64,000 bases of DNA from an uncultured Gammaproteobacteria bacterium (GTDB lineage Bacteria; Patescibacteriota; Microgenomatia; UBA12405). This document shows, piece by piece, positions 9,230 to 19,000 of the stretch. Position 1 is the first letter of the stretch; every line of letters starts with the position of its first letter. The translations under genes were made by a program, and so were the position numbers. A model generated the notes under the pieces. That model saw only the letters and a list, made by a program, of their open reading frames with translations, searched no databases and was not told where the DNA came from. The stretch spans positions 631-64,630 of the forward strand of contig CAZIHS010000003.1 in the NCBI GenBank assembly GCA_964538765.1, written 5' to 3'.

Positions 9230-11209
9230 ATGATCAAATACCCCTCGATTGGACCAGCCACTGCCGCCAAACTATCCCGCCTTTCAATACTCACCCCGTT
9301 CGACCTTCTTTTTCACCTCCCCCGATCATACCAACTCTATTCCAGCCAATTTTCTTCCTCAACCGCCCCGTTAAACCAAATGGTTTGTCTCAAAGGTCAA
9401 ATCATAAAATTTGAAAACACCTACACCAAATTACATAAAAACATTCAAAGGGCCGTCTTTAAAGATCAAAGCGGCCAAATAAGCCTTATCTGGTTTAACC
9501 AGCCCTATATTGTAAGGTCCATCAAAACCAACTCTCCCCTGTATATTTTGGGGAAAATCACCCCCTGGCAAAACCAGAAAACTGTCATCAGTCCTCAAAT
9601 CAGCTACACCGCCCCCCCTTCGATACTTCCCGTTTATCCCGAAACCGAAGGTCTTTCTTCAAAACGGTTCAGACGCTTTTTTCAAAACCACCTTCAGGCT
9701 CTTTTTGATATCATTTCACTTCCTCCCGAGCTACCCCCGCCAATTCTTGCCAAACACCGTCTTCCCGATCTTAAAACCGCCCTCACCAAAGCCCATCTTC
9801 CCCAAAAAATAGACGATATTGATTTGGCTCAAAACCGTCTGGCAATCAACTATATTTTAAATCTTCAAATTCGGTCACATTTTTTAAAAAAACAGCAGCT
9901 GGAAATTAAGCCAACATTTCCCCTAAAAACCTCGCCGGCAATAAATTCCAAAATCACTTCCCTTATCCGGTCTCTGCCCTTTAAACTTACCTCTGCCCAA
10001 AACATAACCTGGCGACAAACCCGAAAAGATCTTTTATCAAAAAATACCACCAACCGTTTAATTCAGGGAGAAACCGGCTCCGGAAAAACTGTTATTGCCC
10101 TGTTGTCAGCCTACCTGGTCCATCTTAACCACCACCCAAGCCTATTGGTCTGCCCCACCCAGGTGTTGGCCCTTCAACATTACCGCTACTTCAAATCCAT
10201 CCTTCCTCCAACTGTCCCCATCCATCTTTTTACCCAAAAAAAGAAACCAAAAAAAATCTTCAAAAACTCTGTCACCATCGCCACCCATTCGGCTCTTCAC
10301 CACCCCGGTCTTTTTGACCGCACCACCCTGGTTATTTTCGACGAGCAACACAAATTTGGAGTAAACCAGCGGAATTTGTTTACCAATCACCACCCCCACC
10401 TTCTCACCATGACTGCCACCCCCATCCCCCGAACCATTAAGCTTACCCTCCTCAACCATCTGGATGTTTCATATCTAGACCAACTCCCCAAAAACCGTCT
10501 CAAAATTAAAACATTTCTGGTTCCACCCCATAAACAGATCGACTGTTTTCATTGGGTTAAAAACCTGATTACAGAAACCAAACAGCAGGCCTTTTATGTT
10601 TGTCCATTTATTGACGAAAGCGAAACTTTATTATCAGTTAAAGCCGCCACCTCTGAATTTCATCAACTGAAAAACCTTTTTCCCGGGCTAAAAATAGGTC
10701 TTGTTCACGGCCAAACAACCAATAAACATCAGGTATTTAAACAGTTCTCCCAAAACAAAATTAATATTCTGGTCACCACCCCCATTATCGAAGTCGGCAT
10801 CGACTTTCCAAATGCCACCGTTATCATCATTCAATCTGCCGACCGCTTTGGCCTTTCGTCCCTCCACCAGCTTCGGGGACGGGTTGGCCGAAGTCACCTT
10901 CAAAGCTATTGCTTCCTTTTTACCCAGTCAACCGATAAAAAGATCCAAAGCCGCCTAAAATATCTTGAAACCCACTCGCTTGGAAACGACATTTCCCAGT
11001 TTGATTTGGAAAACCGGGGCCCCGGTGACATTTTTTCAACCAAACAGCACGGTTTTAACAATCTCCGTCTTGAATTTCTCACAAAACCAAAAAACATCGA
11101 TATTAGCCAACAGATATTAGCCGACCTGCTTTCCCTCTTTCCCCAATTTAACCTTAACGATCTTTTAATCAAGCCAATTTTACCTTCCACCAATCAGATT
11201 ACTAATTAA
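9230..11209 (+). CDS. recG: ATP-dependent DNA helicase RecG
   Basis: MIKYPSIGPATAAKLSRL..FDLLFHLPRSY wedge N-terminus. GETGSGKT Walker A, DEQHKFG, HQLRGRVGRS motif VI. ATG at 9230; the upstream 102 codons of the listed ORF overlap the PBP gene and are not credible. Confidence 0.85.
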   Translation: MIKYPSIGPATAAKLSRLSILTPFDLLFHLPRSYQLYSSQFSSSTAPLNQMVCLKGQIIKFENTYTKLHKNIQRAVFKDQSGQISLIWFNQPYIVRSIKTNSPLYILGKITPWQNQKTVISPQISYTAPPSILPVYPETEGLSSKRFRRFFQNHLQALFDIISLPPELPPPILAKHRLPDLKTALTKAHLPQKIDDIDLAQNRLAINYILNLQIRSHFLKKQQLEIKPTFPLKTSPAINSKITSLIRSLPFKLTSAQNITWRQTRKDLLSKNTTNRLIQGETGSGKTVIALLSAYLVHLNHHPSLLVCPTQVLALQHYRYFKSILPPTVPIHLFTQKKKPKKIFKNSVTIATHSALHHPGLFDRTTLVIFDEQHKFGVNQRNLFTNHHPHLLTMTATPIPRTIKLTLLNHLDVSYLDQLPKNRLKIKTFLVPPHKQIDCFHWVKNLITETKQQAFYVCPFIDESETLLSVKAATSEFHQLKNLFPGLKIGLVHGQTTNKHQVFKQFSQNKINILVTTPIIEVGIDFPNATVIIIQSADRFGLSSLHQLRGRVGRSHLQSYCFLFTQSTDKKIQSRLKYLETHSLGNDISQFDLENRGPGDIFSTKQHGFNNLRLEFLTKPKNIDISQQILADLLSLFPQFNLNDLLIKPILPSTNQITN

Positions 11210-11233
11210 CCCAAACTTTAGTATAATAGCCAC

Positions 11234-11386
11234 ATGACCGCATTGCCAAAACACTGGCCCTCCAGCCGCCGCCAAGGCCGCCGGCGAGCCGGCAATAAAA
11301 AAATGACTCTTGCCAAGTTTGTTATCTGCCGCCATTGTCAGCAGCCAAAACTTCCCGGCTACCAGTGTCAAAATTGCCATCAGTGA
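11234..11386 (+). CDS. rpmF: 50S ribosomal protein L32 (50 aa, below the ORF-track size cutoff)
   Basis: [50 protein letters not shown]: basic N-terminus plus a C..C...C..C zinc ribbon typical of L32. TATAAT at 11222-11227, 6 nt before the ATG. Confidence 0.8.
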   Translation: MTALPKHWPSSRRQGRRRAGNKKMTLAKFVICRHCQQPKLPGYQCQNCHQ

Positions 11387-11754
11387 AAACAAAATTTGAC
11401 CCCCGCCACCTCCACCGAACCAAGCTAATGCAATCTCTCTTTGCTTTCGACAGCAACCCTAAACAGCCGTCTCATTCATCAAAAGTTGATATCCGGCCGA
11501 TTATTAAAGACCTTGAAAAAATAGACGGAATTCTTGAATCTCATGCTCCCAAATGGCCCATCTCCAAAATTAACAAAATTGATTTAGCCATTCTTCGCTG
11601 CACCATCTTTGAACTATTAAACTCCAGCACACCCAAAAAAGTTATCATTGACGAGGCAATCGAGCTTGCCAAAGAATTCGGCACCGATAACAGCCCCCCC
11701 TTTGTCAACGGAGTCCTTGGCAGTTTTCTAAAAAATGAACCCGACACAACTTGA
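11383..11754 (+). CDS. nusB: transcription antitermination factor NusB
   Basis: ..[16 protein letters not shown].. and [23 protein letters not shown] match NusB. Proposed GTG start overlaps the rpmF TGA (GTGA). Confidence 0.75.
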   Translation: MKTKFDPRHLHRTKLMQSLFAFDSNPKQPSHSSKVDIRPIIKDLEKIDGILESHAPKWPISKINKIDLAILRCTIFELLNSSTPKKVIIDEAIELAKEFGTDNSPPFVNGVLGSFLKNEPDTT

Positions 11755-12436
11755 AAAACTTCAAAAACTTCTCAAAGTAAGCTTTAATAATCCTCAAACA
11801 TTATTTCAGGCATTAGTCCACCGGTCCTATCTAAACGAAAACCGCCGGTCAGTTTTCTCTACAAACGAAAGGTTGGAATTTTTGGGAGACGCGGTTATCG
11901 AGCTTTGGTCATCAGCCACCGTTTTCAACACCTTTCCAGATTTTGAAGAAGGGGATATGACCAACCTTCGCTCCCTGCTGGTACGCACCGAAAATTTGGC
12001 CAAAATCGCCAAAGAATCAGGCTTCGACCAATACATTCTTCTTAGCAAAGGAGAAGAAAAACATCGTGGCCGGCAAAACGACTCAATCCTAGCCGACCTT
12101 TTTGAAGCCATCACCGGTGCTATTTTTCTCGATCAAGGCATCACCGCCTCCTTTTCGTTCCTCGATATTTTTCTTCTGCCGTCAGTCAAAGTCATCAGCC
12201 AACAAAAAATCTTCAAAGACCCAAAAAGTCTCTTTCAGGAAATCGCCCAAGCCAAAACCAACACCACTCCACACTACCAAACCCTCAGTGAAACCGGCCC
12301 CGACCACCAGAAAGTCTTTACAGTCGGCGCCTATTTGGGCGACCAGCTCATTGCCAAAGGCCAGGGATCATCCAAGCAAAAAGCAGAAGAAAATGCCTCA
12401 ATTTCCGCTACCAAAGTTATCAGCAATCGTGTATAA
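11735..12436 (+). CDS. rnc: ribonuclease III
   Basis: [10 protein letters not shown] RNase III signature and a C-terminal dsRBD. Confidence 0.9.
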   Translation: MNPTQLEKLQKLLKVSFNNPQTLFQALVHRSYLNENRRSVFSTNERLEFLGDAVIELWSSATVFNTFPDFEEGDMTNLRSLLVRTENLAKIAKESGFDQYILLSKGEEKHRGRQNDSILADLFEAITGAIFLDQGITASFSFLDIFLLPSVKVISQQKIFKDPKSLFQEIAQAKTNTTPHYQTLSETGPDHQKVFTVGAYLGDQLIAKGQGSSKQKAEENASISATKVISNRV

Positions 12437-12445
12437 TCATCGGCA

Positions 12446-12712
12446 ATGCTCAAAATTAAACTTTTTCCGAAAGGCAAAAAACACCAGCTTAGCTACCGCT
12501 TGGTTGTCGCCGAAGCCAGAAGCAAAAATAACGGCCGTTATGTCGAAGACATCGGTTTTTATACACCTCAAACAAAAACACTAAAAATTGATCAACCCAA
12601 GTTTGATCAATGGCTTAAAAAAGGCGCCACTCCCACTCTTGGCATCAGCCGTCTTCTTCATCCTGAAAAATTCCCAAGAAAGTCCAAAAAAACCACCCCC
12701 ACCAACCCATGA
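12446..12712 (+). CDS. rpsP: 30S ribosomal protein S16
   Basis: MLKIKLFPKGKKHQLSYRLVVAEARSKNNGRYVEDIGFY is a typical S16. TGTATAAT 8 nt upstream of the ATG. Confidence 0.9.
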   Translation: MLKIKLFPKGKKHQLSYRLVVAEARSKNNGRYVEDIGFYTPQTKTLKIDQPKFDQWLKKGATPTLGISRLLHPEKFPRKSKKTTPTNP

Positions 12713-12945
12713 ACTCAATTTCCCAAACTCTTGAACACATTGTCTTGTCCATCACCAAAAACCCGAATATTACTGTCTCCAGCGCCCAAGAAAACGACGT
12801 TGTCAGACTGACAATACAGGCCCCTTCCGACATAATCGGTCAAATCATTGGCCGGCAGGGCCGAACTATCAAGTCAATCCGCGCCCTCATCTCAATCGCC
12901 TTTCCCTCAATCCACCACCAAATCGACGTCATCCCCCAAAACTAA
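12709..12945 (+). CDS. KH-domain RNA-binding protein (YlqC/UPF0109-like)
   Basis: GRQGRTIKSIRAL KH motif. Conserved position after rpsP. 3' end overlaps the convergent pilO-like gene by 4 nt. Confidence 0.75.
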   Translation: MNSISQTLEHIVLSITKNPNITVSSAQENDVVRLTIQAPSDIIGQIIGRQGRTIKSIRALISIAFPSIHHQIDVIPQN

Positions 12946-13700
12946 AAAAGACTGTTTCGCTGATATTTTATCAACTGGCGTTCTCCACTTTTTTGACCCT
13001 GCAATTCAATCGGCGTAAAGCCGCTAATTTTTTTAACCACCGCCAACTCATCTTTATTTAGTTTCAAACTTTCCAAAGGCAAACCAACCAGATTTGAGCT
13101 CTTTTTACCGGCAACATAGTAAGCCCCCGCGTCAATTTCCAGCTCTATCAAATCGCCGGTGACTTTAGACTTCAAACTCGTCAGCGAAAGAACAGGCAAA
13201 CTTTTTTCCAAAGTCAAAAGCAAGTTAATAAAATTCTCTTCTTTTCCAACCAACACTATCTTTATCGGCACCAACGACGATCCCACCCTTGTTTTAGCCG
13301 ATTGACTGGCCAGAACATCCTCTCTGGCCAGCTTGTCAGGATTTATCGCAAAACTGTTTACCTGAAAAGCATGTTTATCGGCCAATTTTCGAAAAACATT
13401 CACCAGCATGTAGGCATCATTCTGGCTCAAAACCGCTTTTTCAAGATAGGTAGCGTCCTTGATCAGTTCTTCCTGATCAACCGAAGCCACATAATCTCTT
13501 TTTGCCAGCACCACCCGTGTCTTCTGTTTTAAGTCTTCAACCTGAACCAGGTTGCTCTTAATTTGCAAAACTTTTGGCCCCAAAACAAAAAATCCACTTA
13601 CCCCAACCACCGCCACAACCAGCAAAAAAGGGAAAAGAGACACCACCACTCCCCGGTCAAACCAATTGGGCAACCCGGCCGGTGTTATTTTTTCATTCAT
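12942..13700 (-). CDS. type IV pilus assembly protein, PilO-like (bitopic membrane protein)
   Basis: Single N-terminal TM followed by a coiled/periplasmic region. Position downstream of pilM-pilN with an 8-nt overlap. Confidence 0.45.
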   Translation of the reverse strand: MNEKITPAGLPNWFDRGVVVSLFPFLLVVAVVGVSGFFVLGPKVLQIKSNLVQVEDLKQKTRVVLAKRDYVASVDQEELIKDATYLEKAVLSQNDAYMLVNVFRKLADKHAFQVNSFAINPDKLAREDVLASQSAKTRVGSSLVPIKIVLVGKEENFINLLLTLEKSLPVLSLTSLKSKVTGDLIELEIDAGAYYVAGKKSSNLVGLPLESLKLNKDELAVVKKISGFTPIELQGQKSGERQLIKYQRNSLF

Positions 13701-14259
13701 TTTCTTGCCTCGGTTTGAGTAAAATTTCAAATTTTATTTTCCAGCTGTCGCCAATAACCGAAACCGACTCTAAGTTTAACTTTGAAAGGCCGTTTATCGA
13801 ACCCCGGTTTACTTCGGCCATCCAATCTTCAACCGCATCCATACTTTTCAGCCCGGTTACCGCCGCCTCAATCTTAAAAGTCTCGTTTGTGGTCAACTCA
13901 GTCGATTCTAGAACCATCCCGCTTGGAAAAGCCGACCTGAGGCTTTGATACATAGTTCCATATTCTTTACGCGTCGCCAGCAATTGTCCGACAATCTTGG
14001 CCCGGTATTTTAACTGGTCTGTAAGCGCCACACTTTCCGCCAAAGCCACATACTCTCGATTTGCCGCCGATAATTTTAATGCTTGCCTCGACTTTACCGA
14101 CTCGGTCCACCACCAGCCTGCTCCCACCAGCAAAGATCCAACCGCCCAAAATATACCCAATAAAAGTGCCGCCCGTCTTGCTCCTTTCCCCACCAAAACC
14201 CTGAAAGCCTGATATTTAGCCCTCGAAGGCAGTAAATTTAAACTTGACTGCTTTTCCAT
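13693..14259 (-). CDS. pilN: type IV pilus assembly protein PilN
   Basis: MEKQSSLNLLPSRAK matches the PilN LNLLP motif, followed by a TM. The ATG overlaps the pilM TAA (TAATG). Confidence 0.65.
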   Translation of the reverse strand: MEKQSSLNLLPSRAKYQAFRVLVGKGARRAALLLGIFWAVGSLLVGAGWWWTESVKSRQALKLSAANREYVALAESVALTDQLKYRAKIVGQLLATRKEYGTMYQSLRSAFPSGMVLESTELTTNETFKIEAAVTGLKSMDAVEDWMAEVNRGSINGLSKLNLESVSVIGDSWKIKFEILLKPRQENE

Positions 14260-15284
14260 TAACTGATCCCCCTCATCGCCAAACCCAATGCCAAAGTAAA
14301 ACGGCAACCTTCTTTTACCAAATCAACCGGCCAGGCCGACTTGCCGGTATCTATTTTCACAAACGGTTGCAACACCTGCACCTCCACTCCTAAAAGCTTG
14401 GCAAATTCCTCGGCAAAACCAGGCAAGTTGGCTCCTCCTCCTGTCAGAATCAACAAGTCCACCGCCTTGTTTCTCTCCTCCTTAAACATGGTCACAGTTT
14501 TCCTAACTTCGTCAGTAATATTACTAAATATAGGCAAAATAGCCGTTCTAATTTTTCCTTCAAGCTCATCTGCGTTCAACCCATACGCCTTCTTGTATCC
14601 TTCGGCCGAATTCATATCAAGACCAACACTTAAAGAGATCGCCCGGCTCATCGATTCACCTCCCACCGGCAAAGACCTGGTCAGATACAATCTGCCAGAG
14701 TCAATACTGTTAATGCCTGTAAATTTCTCGCCCAAATCAACCAGCACCACCCCGCGGTCCATTGTCATTCCCGACACCACCCGGCATATCGCCACCGATG
14801 GAGACTCCAGTGCCACCAACTCCAAACCCAATTTTTTAAAAAGCCTGACATATTGTTGTATCAATTCATTTTTGGCGGCCACCACAAACAATGTCAATCT
14901 TCCCGACTCATCTTCCTCCACCACCTCATAATCAATAGTCACCTGGTCCAAAGGGTAGGGGACAAAGGTTTCAGCCTCAAATGTTAGCGCGTCATAAATC
15001 TCCGACTTTTTTAATGGAGGCAGCCGGATAAGGCGGCTAACTACCTCTTCTTCGGGCAAAGAAGCCACCGCCATTTTATTCTTTATTTTTATTTCTCCAA
15101 ACAGCCCCTTAAGCGCCGCCACCAACTCGTCCTCGGCCTTGTTTTTTGTCTCACCCCTAAGCCAGTTTAGCCGGGACGTTTTTGTTTCCCCCAGCCCGGA
15201 AAGAACCAGTTTTTCTCCCTGCTTTTCAAGAGAAACAGCTCTGGTCGTTTCCACTCCAATATCAATCCCCAACATTGAGTTCAT
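14259..15284 (-). CDS. pilM: type IV pilus assembly ATPase-like protein PilM (actin-like)
   Basis: GIDIG..T..V N-terminus, actin/FtsA-like fold, followed by pilN/pilO-like genes. Confidence 0.8.
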   Translation of the reverse strand: MNSMLGIDIGVETTRAVSLEKQGEKLVLSGLGETKTSRLNWLRGETKNKAEDELVAALKGLFGEIKIKNKMAVASLPEEEVVSRLIRLPPLKKSEIYDALTFEAETFVPYPLDQVTIDYEVVEEDESGRLTLFVVAAKNELIQQYVRLFKKLGLELVALESPSVAICRVVSGMTMDRGVVLVDLGEKFTGINSIDSGRLYLTRSLPVGGESMSRAISLSVGLDMNSAEGYKKAYGLNADELEGKIRTAILPIFSNITDEVRKTVTMFKEERNKAVDLLILTGGGANLPGFAEEFAKLLGVEVQVLQPFVKIDTGKSAWPVDLVKEGCRFTLALGLAMRGIS

Positions 15285-15304
15285 AATCTTCTCTTACAGT
15301 ATAA

Positions 15305-16072
15305 TTAGTTTCCAACATTAACACCAGCAGTTACGGCATCAATCATAAATGGCAACAACCTGTAGCGGTTAATTATTTTAACCATTGTTTTGGCCACCAC
15401 CTCCTCTCTAACCTCAACCTTGCCAACCGAGCTGACTTCTTCTCCCTGCGAAGGGAAGTTTTCACTGCCCCGTAAATAAAACCTCCCCGAACTCCCGATA
15501 GGGTTTATAGTCACCAAAAGTCCGGTTCTGGACGGGCCAATTCCGGTAACAATTGAAGCACAGCCGTTTGTTGGCGTGAAACCTGCCACCGTTGTCCCAA
15601 CCCCATAGTTATATCCATACCTTTCCACTTTATAGTTTCCACCTTCCACAAAGAAGTAACTCACCCTCAGCCCACCGCTAAAACCAGGCTCTGGGCAAAC
15701 GTCCACCCCCGCACCCGAATACTTGTTACCCAAATCAAGCGCACCACTCTCTTGGTGACCAACCAGCCAATAATATTCCGTTTTACCATTAACCACCACT
15801 TCACCAAAATCAACCGTAACCCCAACCCCAACTTCGCTGGTCGACACCTCTGCTCTCGATCTTTGATCAGCCGACTGATACTGCAGTTCTCTTGTCGACA
15901 AATAATAGTCTATTCCCGATTCCGCCGCGTTAAAAGCCCTCTTTAAAGACTCTTCGTCGCCGCCGATTTTAGTTTCCACCGTCACTTTCCTGGATAAGGA
16001 TAATCCCAAAGTCATCACCACCGCCGACACCAACAGAACCACCAGGGCTATCTGCCCGCCGTTTTTTCTCAT
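15305..16072 (-). CDS. PilX-like minor pilus protein (PilX_N-type N-terminal helix)
   Basis: MRKNGGQIALVVLLVSAVVMTLGLSLS resembles the PilX N-terminal segment. Sits between the giant surface protein gene and pilM. Confidence 0.4.
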   Translation of the reverse strand: MRKNGGQIALVVLLVSAVVMTLGLSLSRKVTVETKIGGDEESLKRAFNAAESGIDYYLSTRELQYQSADQRSRAEVSTSEVGVGVTVDFGEVVVNGKTEYYWLVGHQESGALDLGNKYSGAGVDVCPEPGFSGGLRVSYFFVEGGNYKVERYGYNYGVGTTVAGFTPTNGCASIVTGIGPSRTGLLVTINPIGSSGRFYLRGSENFPSQGEEVSSVGKVEVREEVVAKTMVKIINRYRLLPFMIDAVTAGVNVGN

Positions 16073-19000
16073 CTGCCCTCCTTCCAGCCTGATATCACCC
16101 GATAAACAGCCGCCGGCATGGTAAAAGCAAAATCAGGCCGGTAATTAATCACCACTGCCGGAGAAATGTTGTTTTGCATCGTATCAATATAGGAACGTTG
16201 TATTCTGACATTACTGTTTGTTGAATACAAAATACCATTTATAACCAGCTGATCACTAGAGCTGCCGCTTATAACCACCTCACCGTCAGCCACCAACACC
16301 CCGTCCATTCTTTTTACCCCCTGCCCAATCGACACAGAACCCGAAACCACCACCATCAAAAGATCCCCCTGGGCCACTGTATTATCAGCACTTACTGTTA
16401 AATTACCGTTTACCAGCGCCATCTTGGTTCCTTCTCCCACAATAGTACTCAAATCAGTGTTTCCAAAATAAGTTTTGCCCACTCCCAACCTCTCAAAAAA
16501 TTGGGTTTTAAAATATGAATAATCAGTTTTTCCCTCAACAACATTGCCATCAAAATGCCAGTTGTTAGGACTCCCATATTTGCAGGTGTCAAAATCACAC
16601 CCGCTGTTATTTACAATTTGTTCCGCTGCCACCAGCCCATTATTCGCCTCTCCCCCCGCTCCCACGCTAAATGCCGCCTTACAACTCAAATCTAACGGAC
16701 AAGTCACTGGAATATCGTTTCTAACTCTCGCCCCCCCCGCCAAGCCGCCCCCAACGGCCTGATACCAGGCACCTTGGGCCAGCAACACCGAAAAATCAGC
16801 CGTCAAAGTACCACCGGCTGTATACGGATCAGCCACAGCACTGTCAACCCTAAGTTGAGCCAGGTTACAAACGGTTTGATTAATCCTCATTTGGGGTGTT
16901 GACGAGTTTATTACCATCAAAGGATCATAGGTCAAACCCCACAACCAGCTGCCGGAAACCGAATAGTCTGAAAAATTTGATATCGTAGTCAAGACGTTGC
17001 CTTCATCATTAAAACCATCAAAAATTGGGTCAAAAATTAGGGAACTGAAACCCGCCGACTCGGGAACCGGATTAGTGAAGCCGCTCGAAGGGCAGGCCAA
17101 TATCTGGCCACTGTTATCAAACACCCTTCCGCCGCCACCCACCCGACAATTCCAAACCCTAAACGATCTTCCAACCGGGTAACTCAACTCGTTTCCATCA
17201 GCGTCAACCACCCTGATAGATAATGCCGCCACGCTGTCATTTGCAAAATTCTCGGAAAAATGAACCGGAAACCGCAGCTCCATTAAGTTGCTATCCTCAG
17301 TCACTGATCCGGCTTCATAATAATCCAGGCTTCCACCAGCCGGAGTTAAACTAAACCCGCCACTTCTGGTCCACACTAAACCAAAATTAGACCCACTGCT
17401 GACTTCCACCCTGTTTATAGTATTTGCCCCTTGCTCGTCTGCAACGTTTAAAACAAAAGCCGCTTTGCGGTCACGCCCATCGGACCCGCTCATCGCTCCG
17501 CTTGGAGAAAATTCTGGCTGACAAATGTGGTTCCTGTCGCCCACCTCGGCATCAACCACCGCCCCTCCCGAATTTTGTATCACAAACGATTGAAACATCG
17601 GGTTAGTGTTTGGACAGTTAAAATTAACCGCCACTTCAGAAGAGGCACAGGCAATTCCGCCATCAGTTTTAGCCCGATAATAATAAGTTTGCCCGGCCAC
17701 CAAGGAATCACCCGACACCAAATGGCTGGCAAAATCCAAATTTCCCCAATAAGTCGATGGCGGATACAACTCTCCCACCTGCTGGCCATTAACATAATAA
17801 GGAGTCGGATTTAAGGAAGTATCGGTCCATATCGGGCTGGCCATCCCGCTATACCAGCTGGTTTTATAAAAACTGGTTTCCCCAACCCCATCGGTCACCC
17901 CATAATAAAAGCTCCTTACCACACCAGCATCAACCGACCCCCAACCCGTACCCTGATTTGGTGACCTCATAAAGTTCCTACCACTTGACCCCACAATTTC
18001 CACTATTGGATTAAGTCGGTCGGAACAATTTAGAGTAATGGTTGGTTGCGGCTCCCAAACAGAACACCCCGGCTCTGGCGTTGGAGTTGAAGTTGGCACC
18101 GGCGTTAAAGCGTTTGTCGGCGTTGGAGAATTTATTGGTGTATTTGTTGGCCCGGTTGGCGTTGGAGTTGAAGTTGGCACCGGCGTTAAAGCGTTTGTCG
18201 GCGTTGGAGAATTTATTGGTGTATTTGTTGGCCCGGTTGGGGTTGGAGTTGCCGTCGGACCCGTTGGAGTTGGTCCGGTTGGGGCTGCCGTTACAGTAGG
18301 GGTTGGGGTATCAGTTGGAATCAACGGTGGCGTCGGTTCATCGGTTGGGGTGATGGTTGGGGTAAACGTTGGCGTTTGAGTTGCCGGCGGAGCCCCGGGG
18401 CAACCAGTACAATTTGTACAATTTAAGACAATCGGGTTGGCATATTTATAACCTGATACATTATCAAAATTATCGCTAGTTTCCACCCGGCCATAAATTG
18501 TCGTCCCGGCGTTATTGGTTACCGAATGACTGGTAAAAGCATCGTCCCAGGTAAGAGTGCTTCCACCGGGGAACCCGGCCTCCCAGGCTATTTCAGTGTG
18601 ATATGGAGCCGGCTTCATCCCGGCACACCCGTTATCTGTCACCGCCCCAAAACCAAATGTTGCCGAAAACACCTCCGATCCAACCGGACCATTGTTGTAA
18701 CTACAGCTGAAGTTTGCCCAGGCCGGCATCGGCGCCGACCGGTCAACTTCCACCCATTCCACTGGCATCATCCAAGGCCCGTCACCCTTAACATTTGAAT
18801 ACCTGGCCGTTACCGCATAGCACTGATGATCGGTCAAATTACTTACCCCATACGACGTTATCGCCGGAGGGGCCGGAGTCGGTCCACTCCAGGTCCCATT
18901 TTTAAATACCTTGGTTGAAGTAATGGCGCAGTAAGACGGCAAACCTCCGTTTGGATTGGTCCAATTCCAAGTTGGACCGCCAACAACATTGGTACACCTC

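Noticed and set aside
11234-11386. Suspected +1 frameshift splitting rpmF (L32) into two pieces
   Set aside because: This arose from my own mis-transcription of one C in the GC-rich run. On recounting the given sequence (…caa ggc cgc cgg cga gcc ggc aat aaa aaa atg…) the 50-codon L32 ORF is intact.
18038-18379. Plus-strand ORFs (113 aa and 85 aa) full of GVGV/LELKLAP repeats
   Set aside because: They are antisense read-throughs of the PT tandem repeats inside the minus-strand giant gene, with no independent support.
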